The notes beneath the pieces are model-generated. The model ran no database searches and was not told the origin of the DNA. It saw only the letters and a program-made list of their open reading frames with translations. A stretch of DNA of 35,398 bases from IMG/VR virus record IMGVR_UViG_2541047928_000016; one strand, given 5' to 3'. The position numbers and the translations under genes were made by a program. This document shows, in pieces, positions 23,400 through 30,047 of the stretch (positions are counted from its first letter, which is position 1; each line of letters starts with the position of its first letter). The DNA comes from a virus (taxonomy: Duplodnaviria > Heunggongvirae > Uroviricota > Caudoviricetes).

Positions 23400-23732
23400 A
23401 TGTCTGTCACAATTCAGGGAAATACCTCAACCGTTATTTCAAACAACTCCGCCCCGGAAGGAACATCAGAAATAGCCAAAATCACAAGACAAATTCAGGT
23501 GCTGACTGAAAAGCTTGGGAAAATCTCATCGGAAGAGGGGATGACGACACAGCAGAAAAAAGAAATGGCTGCATTGGTACAGAAGCAAATTGAAAGCCTC
23601 AGGGCTCAACTGGAGCAGTTGTTAAGGCAGCAGGCAGAGAAAAAGAATAAAGACGCGACAGTTCAGCCTGATAAAAAAGAAGAGAAAAAAGACGATACAA
23701 ATACCGCTGGCACCATTGATATTTACGTCTAA
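23400..23732 (+). CDS. flxA: FlxA (FliA-regulated protein), 110 aa
   Basis: MSVTIQGNTSTVISNNSAPEGTSEIAKITRQIQVLTEKLGKISSEEGMTTQQKKEMAALVQKQIESLRAQLEQLLRQQAEKKNKDATVQPDKKEEKKDDTNTAGTIDIYV; AAGGAG RBS. Confidence 0.85.
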   Translation: MSVTIQGNTSTVISNNSAPEGTSEIAKITRQIQVLTEKLGKISSEEGMTTQQKKEMAALVQKQIESLRAQLEQLLRQQAEKKNKDATVQPDKKEEKKDDTNTAGTIDIYV

Positions 23733-23746
23733 GTGACAGCCGTATT

Positions 23747-23769
23747 GTGGCCCTCATCGGGCCACTTTT
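23747..23769 (+). terminator. Intrinsic terminator after flxA (GTGGCCC-TCATC-GGGCCAC then TTTT)
   Basis: Perfect 7-bp stem seen 15 nt after the flxA stop. Confidence 0.55.
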
Positions 23770-24059
23770 CGCCATCAGCCTTTTCTTTAAAGACATATTA
23801 TCTTTGTATCATTTCTGATAGTTAACATTACAAGATATAAGTAATGGACGCACTCCCAATTAGTCTATTTAAATCGCCACGAGTTTAACTGACAACCCAT
23901 GATCAATTATGAATTGCAACTATTTCTGTAGTCACTTTTGTGGGGACAGTCCACAAAACTGCCAACTTCCGCTTCTTGCTCTTAGCGGACATTAGCATAG
24001 GCTATTTACCATAACGCCTCATTACGCGCACCGCCCAGACTGACTCAGCGCGTTTCTGG

Positions 24060-25570
24060 CATATCCCCGGTAAAACAAGTAACAAACCACCCGAAAATGA
24101 ACACCAGAAACGCGACTTAAGAATCTACCCTATGAATGGATATGCACTCAACCGAATCGATCTTGGTTTCAATCTATTTTATCGGGATCAGGCTTCTTTT
24201 TAGGTAACTTCGGGGGCTTAACTTGCTGATGACTTTGCGTTCGGCGCGTAAGCCAGGGATGGTCAGCTTTAGATTTAACATAGTATTTTGAGCGTAAATC
24301 AATACGGGCATTATCCACTCGTTCATGGACACTCTTTTCATCATCCAGTGGTATAGGCTCCGGGCCATCAACATACTTTTCCCAGCCCAGCGCTTTCCCG
24401 TCATACAGAACGTTAATTTCACCGTCAAAGTTCTCACATACAGTAACAACTGAATGCCTAAGTCGATATCCCCGGCCCTCACTGCGTACCTGAAACGCAC
24501 TGCTTTTGTACTGGAAAGTGAGATTTTTAGACAGAACGCGCTTCGCCTGTAGGCTGAAGATATAACCCAGTTCCTCTTCAGAATGGTGCACATCAAGATG
24601 AGCATTATCAGTAGTACGAGGCGACGTAGCGAACCGGTTGTTATAGGCTTCAATAAAGGTCGGCAACCATGCATTTGCTGTTTCAATATCACTGATATTC
24701 TGAAGCCGCATTTCTTTGACCAGCCTGTCCTGTAGTGTCTGATTGGCGCGCTCTACCCGCCCTTTTGCCTGCGGGCTGTTGGCATGGATTGGCTCGATGC
24801 CCAGTGTCTTTATCGCACGAGTGAACTGGGTCAGCTCACCTTCCCGCTCTGGGTTATTTACCCTGAATATACTGTGTCTATCAGAGTAGAGAGCGAGCGG
24901 TACGCCATGATCATTAAGGTAACCCCGGAGGGTTTCCATGTAAGCCCGGGTTGTTTCAGCAGGCACAAAACGCAACGCCATCAACGCACTGGTGGCATCA
25001 TCAATGAAAACGATCAGTGTACATCTGGGGCCTCGATTTTCAAACCAGTCATGAGGTGAGCCATCAATCTGGATCAGTTCACCGTAAGATGGTCGTCGCA
25101 TGCGGCGTTGATATATACGGGCAATTTTACGACGGCGTTCACGCCATAACCCCTCTTCTATCATCCACTTTCTGAGAGTTTCAACGGATAAAGATAAACC
25201 GTGTATCTCGCGCAATTTTTCGCACGCAAACGTAGGTCCAAAATCAGCGTAACGGCCTTTGAGGAGTGAAATTACTGTTGCTCTGAATTCAGTAGAAAAG
25301 GAATTATTAGGACGCTTTCCACGTCGGTGGGAAACCAGACCAGAAGGCCCTTCATTTCTATACCGTTGCACCAGACGTTTAACCTGCCGAATAGAAATGC
25401 CAATGCGTGCCGCAGCTTGTTCCTGAGTAATATGTCGATTAATTGACTCCTGAATAATCTGAAGTCGGTGGAGTTCCTTATGACTCATCGTAACAGTCTC
25501 TTTGATCATGAAAAATCCCCCAGAGAATTGTCTGGGGACATTTTAGAATGGTTCAAAGGGGACATTACAG
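24060..25570 (-). mobile_element. Probable insertion sequence carrying a single DDE transposase; ends not resolved (no clean terminal inverted repeats or target-site duplication found)
   Basis: Single transposase gene interrupting the phage early region between flxA and the replication genes; candidate right end TGTAATGTCCCC at 25558-25569; boundaries approximate. Confidence 0.3.
24169..25509 (-). CDS. DDE-type transposase with N-terminal HTH and integrase-core (rve) domain, 446 aa; IS481/ISNCY-like
   Basis: MIKETVTMSHKELHRLQIIQESINRHITQEQAAARIGISIRQVKRLVQRYR... then LIQIDGSPHDW ... YSDRHSIF ... conserved acidic residues and Lys/Pro-rich C-tail; family-level call is from memory. Confidence 0.8.
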   Translation of the reverse strand: MIKETVTMSHKELHRLQIIQESINRHITQEQAAARIGISIRQVKRLVQRYRNEGPSGLVSHRRGKRPNNSFSTEFRATVISLLKGRYADFGPTFACEKLREIHGLSLSVETLRKWMIEEGLWRERRRKIARIYQRRMRRPSYGELIQIDGSPHDWFENRGPRCTLIVFIDDATSALMALRFVPAETTRAYMETLRGYLNDHGVPLALYSDRHSIFRVNNPEREGELTQFTRAIKTLGIEPIHANSPQAKGRVERANQTLQDRLVKEMRLQNISDIETANAWLPTFIEAYNNRFATSPRTTDNAHLDVHHSEEELGYIFSLQAKRVLSKNLTFQYKSSAFQVRSEGRGYRLRHSVVTVCENFDGEINVLYDGKALGWEKYVDGPEPIPLDDEKSVHERVDNARIDLRSKYYVKSKADHPWLTRRTQSHQQVKPPKLPKKKPDPDKID

Positions 25571-25962
25571 CTTGGTGTTAACAATAGCCTGCTTCTCCTT
25601 GCCTTCCGGCACTCGCGACAGATTATGTTTAGACGACTGTCGTAGCGACGTATTTCTCCGTCAGGTAATGACCAGATAAGGTCCGGATCAACCACAGCAG
25701 GTTTCTTCACCTTTGCCCTCGAGAGTTTTTTGCGGGCGTTTTGCCAGTCCTTACGCGCCTGTTCAGACGGGAATAACCCGTAACCAGAGCTGTATACATC
25801 GCCACTGGCAACCAGCTCTCTGGCCAGAACGCTCATCAGATATCTTGTTGCCCCAGTTTTAGCTTCCAGTTGTCGTAACGTCTCGCGCCCACTCTGGCGT
25901 ACGAGTTCCACCACCTGCCCTTTAATTTTTTCCCGCTCTTCTTGTGTAAAAACTTTTGCCAC
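25543..25962 (-). CDS. Hypothetical protein (139 aa) downstream of the replication initiator, in the position of a helicase loader; C-terminus may be altered by the adjacent IS
   Basis: GTG start with strong AGGAGG 5 nt upstream; basic Arg/Lys-rich C-terminal half; last codons fall within the candidate IS end. Confidence 0.55.
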   Translation of the reverse strand: MAKVFTQEEREKIKGQVVELVRQSGRETLRQLEAKTGATRYLMSVLARELVASGDVYSSGYGLFPSEQARKDWQNARKKLSRAKVKKPAVVDPDLIWSLPDGEIRRYDSRLNIICRECRKARRSRLLLTPSCNVPFEPF

Positions 25963-26002
25963 AAGTCCTCCTGAACATTACTTTATACCCTAAAATCAAC
26001 AC

Positions 26003-26968
26003 TTATCCCCTGAAACCAGGCGGAATTTCTGTATCCGGTTCAGAAATATGATTCACACAACGCTGTACAGGTGAACGTCCCAGGCGGATGACCAGTTCGT
26101 CCCATTTTTCGCGGAGTTTTGACGGGCTCATGATGTTTTTTACCCAGAATTGATCTCGCTGTACCCGACCAAACATTTCGCAAATTTGTCTGTGGCTTCT
26201 GCCATCCAGCATCCGCATTGTGCGCACGTCATTGGCCCAGGCTGTCCAGTTAGGCTCTTTTGGTCGCATGATCTCTCCATCGTCGCTGGCAGCCTGTTCG
26301 TAAAGGTTCACGATCCGCCCCCAAATCCACTGCGCACACGCCAAATCCTCCCTGCTACCCCACTGGCGTTTTTTCGCACTAAACACAACCGCGTCGGGGT
26401 TCCGGGTTAAAAAATCCTGTTCAGCGGTCTGCGGGTCCGGTTGCGAAGCTTCCGGACGAAAAGTGTTTTTATTCTCTGTAGTAATCTCTGTTGTATTCTC
26501 TGTAAGATCATCAGGCCATTTTGACCCGATGACATTGGGTCGTTTTGAACCAATGGAGCGTTTCATTTTGACCTCTTCCATCGTGTCATTTTGACCTGAT
26601 GGAGCGGCGCATTTTAAACCGATGGATTCGCTCAATTTGCCACCATCTAAAAGCTCGCTCCCGTAGTTGATCGTGTAGAAATTGGTCATATCGCGCTTTG
26701 ATTTATTGAGCTTTTCACAACGCAAAAGCCCCAGCGTTTTCAGACTTGCAAACGCGCGCTTTAACGTTGACTCTGACCAGAATGGGAACTGTTCCAGCCA
26801 TTGTTCCGTTGTGTTGTAAATCCAGCGAACACCATCACATTCCATGCCGGAATTGGTATCTCTCAACCAGTAATGCAACTGCTGCAACACAATGGCTTCA
26901 TTTAAGCCAATCTTCATCGCAAGCTGTGTGTTTATAACCAGTGGGCGTTCAGCAAAAAGAAGGCTCAT
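26003..26968 (-). CDS. Phage replication initiator (O-like replisome organiser), 321 aa from ATG 26968 (track TTG start at 27022)
   Basis: N-terminal HTH-like region MSLLFAERPLVINTQLAMKIGLNEAIVLQQLHYWL...; iteron array embedded mid-gene as in lambda O; position after the Cro/CII-slot genes. Confidence 0.75.
   Translation of the reverse strand: MSLLFAERPLVINTQLAMKIGLNEAIVLQQLHYWLRDTNSGMECDGVRWIYNTTEQWLEQFPFWSESTLKRAFASLKTLGLLRCEKLNKSKRDMTNFYTINYGSELLDGGKLSESIGLKCAAPSGQNDTMEEVKMKRSIGSKRPNVIGSKWPDDLTENTTEITTENKNTFRPEASQPDPQTAEQDFLTRNPDAVVFSAKKRQWGSREDLACAQWIWGRIVNLYEQAASDDGEIMRPKEPNWTAWANDVRTMRMLDGRSHRQICEMFGRVQRDQFWVKNIMSPSKLREKWDELVIRLGRSPVQRCVNHISEPDTEIPPGFRG
26461..26650. repeat. Candidate origin of replication: about 6 degenerate direct repeats (iterons) of period about 22-23 bp (ATTTTGACC..GATGGAGCG) plus 3 copies of TCTCTGT, inside the O-like gene
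   Basis: Seen directly: cattttgacccgatgacattgggtcg / ttttgaaccaatggagcg / tttcattttgacctcttccatcg / tgtcattttgacctgatggagcg / gcgcattttaaaccgatggattcg. Confidence 0.6.
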
Positions 26969-27470
26969 AATTCCATCCAGCTTTTTGTTGGTATTGCTGT
27001 CGATACGCAAGTTTGAAAGCAATTGCTTTTTCTATAAGTTCGTCAGTTTCACGATCCACTACGGCAGGATCAGCAAAAAGCAGTCCGGACTCCACCACAT
27101 CGCCATATTCTTTGTTTAACCCGGCGATCATGTACGTGATGCTTTTTCCGTCATTAATTTCACGATACAACCTGAAATCATTAATCCGAATAGCCTCCAT
27201 AATTGCAGGCACTAGCGCCGTGAACTTTTCACGCTTATCCCTGGTGTCGATAGCCTTCCAGCGTTCGAATATCTTCACTCGATTAACGCCAAGTGCTCGC
27301 TGATCAACCGCGCCACCTTCATCTGTGACACGCTGAACATCGATGTTCGGGCGCTCTTTCAAAGCCCAGAATGCTTCAGTGATTAATATCGTCGCCTGCT
27401 CCTGTGTCATTCCTGGTCGACATATCCAGGCATCCAGAGCCTCACGAGCCTGTTCAGGAGTGATTTTCAT
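26949..27470 (-). CDS. Hypothetical protein (173 aa) in the cII position between the cro-like gene and the replication initiator
   Basis: ATG at 27468-27470; MKITPEQAREALDAWICRPGMTQEQATILITEAFWALKERPNIDVQRVTDEGGAVDQRALGVNRVKIFERWKAIDTRDKREKF...; no family recognised. Confidence 0.6.
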   Translation of the reverse strand: MKITPEQAREALDAWICRPGMTQEQATILITEAFWALKERPNIDVQRVTDEGGAVDQRALGVNRVKIFERWKAIDTRDKREKFTALVPAIMEAIRINDFRLYREINDGKSITYMIAGLNKEYGDVVESGLLFADPAVVDRETDELIEKAIAFKLAYRQQYQQKAGWNYEPSFC

Positions 27471-27681
27471 TGTTCAACCGCCCCGCCCGCTTCGTCTTAC
27501 GATATTCGTCATAAACCTTGGGATCATACAGAAGCTCGCCGCCAGATGCCTCCTGTAGACGCATCGCGCGACCTTCAGGAACCAGCTCTTGCCATTGAGA
27601 AACAGCAGATGGGTCAACGCCAGCAGCTTTCGCTACTTTGGCTTTCGTACCGTAAAAATTAATTACGTCTGATTTAAACAT
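27454..27681 (-). CDS. dicC: Cro-like repressor, DicC-like (75 aa from ATG 27681)
   Basis: C-terminal ...ELVPEGRAMRLQEASGGELLYDPKVYDEYRKTKRAGRLNNENHS closely resembles recalled K-12 DicC; divergent from dicA. Confidence 0.75.
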   Translation of the reverse strand: MFKSDVINFYGTKAKVAKAAGVDPSAVSQWQELVPEGRAMRLQEASGGELLYDPKVYDEYRKTKRAGRLNNENHS

Positions 27682-27758
27682 CGCACCTCCAATATTGAGT
27701 TTTCTCAATGCTAATCACTCAAGGAATCTCAAGTCAAGGGTTATTAAGATATCTAAAT

Positions 27759-28166
27759 ATGAACGAGAAAACTTTAGGTCAACGCATTAGAGAAAGACGT
27801 AAGCAGGTAGGCTTAAGTCAAAACGGTTTAAGCAAAGCTGCTGGCGTATCTGGCTCATCAATTTCATTATGGGAAAGTGACCATACAGCCCCGCGCGGGC
27901 AAAATTTGCATCGCCTCGCCGAGGTATTGCAATGTTCACCAACTTGGATACTGTTTGGCGACGAGGACAAAACACCAGCTCCCCCTGTTTCACTCGATAG
28001 TGCCTTAGACTTATCGGAAGATGAGTTAGAGATGCTGCGTTTGTATCGCGCACTTCCTAAATCAGAGCAACAAGCACAACTCAGCGAACTCCGCGCCCGC
28101 GTTGAGAATTTTAATCGCCTGTTCACCGAGCTATTAGAGGCTCGCAAACGCAACAAGCATCAATAA
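27759..28166 (+). CDS. dicA: CI-type repressor with XRE-family HTH, DicA-like (135 aa)
   Basis: From ATG 27759: MNEKTLGQRIRERRKQVGLSQNGLSKAAGVSGSSISLWESDHTAPRGQNLHRLAEVLQCSPTWILFGDEDK...; HTH motif; 135 aa. Confidence 0.85.
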   Translation: MNEKTLGQRIRERRKQVGLSQNGLSKAAGVSGSSISLWESDHTAPRGQNLHRLAEVLQCSPTWILFGDEDKTPAPPVSLDSALDLSEDELEMLRLYRALPKSEQQAQLSELRARVENFNRLFTELLEARKRNKHQ

Positions 28167-28358
28167 TCATCCCTTCACAAAATTTTAAAGCCTTACATTT
28201 CAATGTATTGGCTTTATCTTGCGCCAACACTTGAGTTTTCTCATCAAAAAAACTTGACGAAAAATAATGAGAAAACTAAATTACCTCCATCAAGACACCG
28301 CACGGTGTTCTCAGCAAACAGTTCCGCTACCCCGGCGTTAAGGGGAAATGAGGTCAGC

Positions 28359-28514
28359 ATGGATACTATCGATCTTGGCAACAGCGAATCTCTGGTATGT
28401 GGCGTGTTCCCCAACCAGGACGGCACGTTCACCGCGATGACGTATACCAAAAGCAAAACGTTTAAAACCGAAAATGGTGCCCGTCGCTGGCTGGAAAGAA
28501 ACTCAGGTGAGTGA
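28359..28514 (+). CDS. ydfA: Small protein YdfA-like (51 aa)
   Basis: MDTIDLGNSESLVCGVFPNQDGTFTAMTYTKSKTFKTENGARRWLERNSGE; GAGG RBS; first gene of the dicB operon. Confidence 0.7.
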   Translation: MDTIDLGNSESLVCGVFPNQDGTFTAMTYTKSKTFKTENGARRWLERNSGE

Positions 28515-28515
28515 T

Positions 28516-29091
28516 ATGGATTTCGACACAATCATGGAAAAGGCTTACGAAGAATACTTCGAAGGCCTTGCCGAAGGCGAAGAAGCTCTCAGCTTCAGTG
28601 AGTTTAAACAGGCACTCAGAATAAGAATGTGCTCTCACAATGACGCGGAGCACAAATATGAGAAGCAAAATCAGACCGCAGAAAATTTTGTTCTGGAACC
28701 CGGAGAAACGCTTTTCAAAATTCCCGTTACGTGCCCCATTTGCGGTTTTACATCAGAAGAACTTGACGACTCCTGTAACAATCAGGAAACAACCAAGTAT
28801 GTCGAAGATGATACCGAGTGCGCACGAAGAACGATTATATCCACGAGTCCAAACTCCAGGACCAATAAATCTCACTATGAGAGGGTGATTAATCCACTCC
28901 CCCAAACCAATAAAAAAGATGCCGGAGGACAAAAAACCCAATGGAACAACGGGATATCTGTCAAAAAAAGACGTTCCATTAAAGACAAACAACGCAGCGC
29001 CAACAACTGTAAGAGCTTTATACCAGTAATCAATTTTCATGTTCTTAAGCGGATTTATTGGTGGTTGCGACATTGCTTAATGAATCCTTAA
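28516..29091 (+). CDS. Hypothetical protein (191 aa), YdfB-like N-terminus; 3' extent uncertain
   Basis: ATG 28516 one nt after ydfA stop; MDFDTIMEKAYEEYFEGLAEGEEALSFSEFKQALRIRMCSHN...; a 106-aa antisense ORF (28753-29073) with three predicted TM helices overlaps it, so one of the two may be spurious. Confidence 0.4.
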   Translation: MDFDTIMEKAYEEYFEGLAEGEEALSFSEFKQALRIRMCSHNDAEHKYEKQNQTAENFVLEPGETLFKIPVTCPICGFTSEELDDSCNNQETTKYVEDDTECARRTIISTSPNSRTNKSHYERVINPLPQTNKKDAGGQKTQWNNGISVKKRRSIKDKQRSANNCKSFIPVINFHVLKRIYWWLRHCLMNP

Positions 29092-29350
29092 AACTGTGGT
29101 GATTTTAAGGATACCACCTCGCCTGACGTGGTTAAAAGCAGGCACACAACACGAAAGCGCACGGCGAAGTTCGTCTCACTGTACGGTGTCGTTAAATTTA
29201 ATTCGACCGTGCGCTTCCGGTTGTGGCAACCCGCAAAATGGCGCGGCGGTAAGTATGGCGGGGTTATTCCTTCCCCGTTGAGGACACCGGGTTGTCAGGT
29301 TGACCATACGCTTAAGTGACAACCCCGCTGCAACGCCCTCTGTTATCAAT

Positions 29351-29408
29351 TTTCTGGTGACGTTTGGCGGTATCAGTTTTACTCCGTGACTGCTCTGCCG
29401 CCCTTTTT
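29351..29408 (+). ncRNA. dicF: DicF small RNA (ftsZ/manX-targeting antisense sRNA) with terminator hairpin and U-tract
   Basis: tttctggtgacgtttggcggtatcagttttactccgtgactgctctgccgcccttttt matches my recall of K-12 DicF; 170 nt upstream of dicB. Confidence 0.8.
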
Positions 29409-29577
29409 AAAGTGAATTTTGTGATGCGGTGAATACGGCTAAGCGCACGCGGAACAGTTAAAACCAAAAACAGTGTTATGGGTGGATTCTCTGTATCCGA
29501 CGTTAATTGTTAACTGGTTAACGTCACCTGGAGGCACCAGGCACTGCATCACAAAATTCATTGTTGAGGACGCGATA

Positions 29578-29766
29578 ATGAAAACGTTATTACCAAACGT
29601 TAATACGTCTGAAGGTTGTTTTGAAATTGGTGTCACTATCAGTAACCCTGTATTTACTGAAGATGCCATTAACAAGAGAAAACAAGAACGGGAGCTATTA
29701 AATAAAATATGCATTGTTTCAATGCTGGCTCGTTTACGTCTGATGCCAAAAGGATGTGCACAATGA
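29578..29766 (+). CDS. dicB: Cell division inhibitor DicB (62 aa)
   Basis: MKTLLPNVNTSEGCFEIGVTISNPVFTEDAINKRKQERELLNKICIVSMLARLRLMPKGCAQ; GAGGA RBS. Confidence 0.85.
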   Translation: MKTLLPNVNTSEGCFEIGVTISNPVFTEDAINKRKQERELLNKICIVSMLARLRLMPKGCAQ

Positions 29767-29954
29767 ATTCAGCATTTGCGCTTGTTCTGACAGTTTTTCT
29801 TGTTTCCGGAGTGCCAGTTGATATTGCAGTCAGTGTTCACAGGACAATGCAGGAGTGTATGACTGCAGCAACCGAACAGAAAATTCCCGGTAACTGTTAC
29901 CCGGTCGATAAAGTTATTCACCAGGATAATATCGAAATCCCGGCAGGTCTTTAA
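29763..29954 (+). CDS. ydfD: Small membrane protein YdfD-like (63 aa), reported lysis protein
   Basis: MNSAFALVLTVFLVSGVPVDIAVSVHRTMQECMTAATEQKIPGNCYPVDKVIHQDNIEIPAGL; ATGA overlap with dicB stop; N-terminal TM helix. Confidence 0.8.
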   Translation: MNSAFALVLTVFLVSGVPVDIAVSVHRTMQECMTAATEQKIPGNCYPVDKVIHQDNIEIPAGL

Positions 29955-30047
29955 AACAGTTCCGTAATAAATACCCGGTTTCATTCTTATATGCCAGCAA
30001 TGGCAGGGATTTGTTCATCCTTAAATCTGTCATGAGGTTAAAACAAA

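Noticed and set aside
23216-23509. 97-aa plus-strand ORF overlapping the flxA promoter and start
   Set aside because: Out of frame with flxA and spans its sigma-28 promoter; flxA frame has the RBS and recognisable product.
24174-24692. 172-aa minus-strand ORF inside the transposase gene in another frame
   Set aside because: Fully contained within the transposase CDS in an alternate frame; no independent start context; IS481/ISNCY-like elements encode a single transposase.
26461-26650. Direct repeat array considered as a possible CRISPR array
   Set aside because: Repeats are degenerate, about 22 bp with almost no spacers, lie inside an intact ORF and have no leader or cas genes nearby; fits replication iterons instead.
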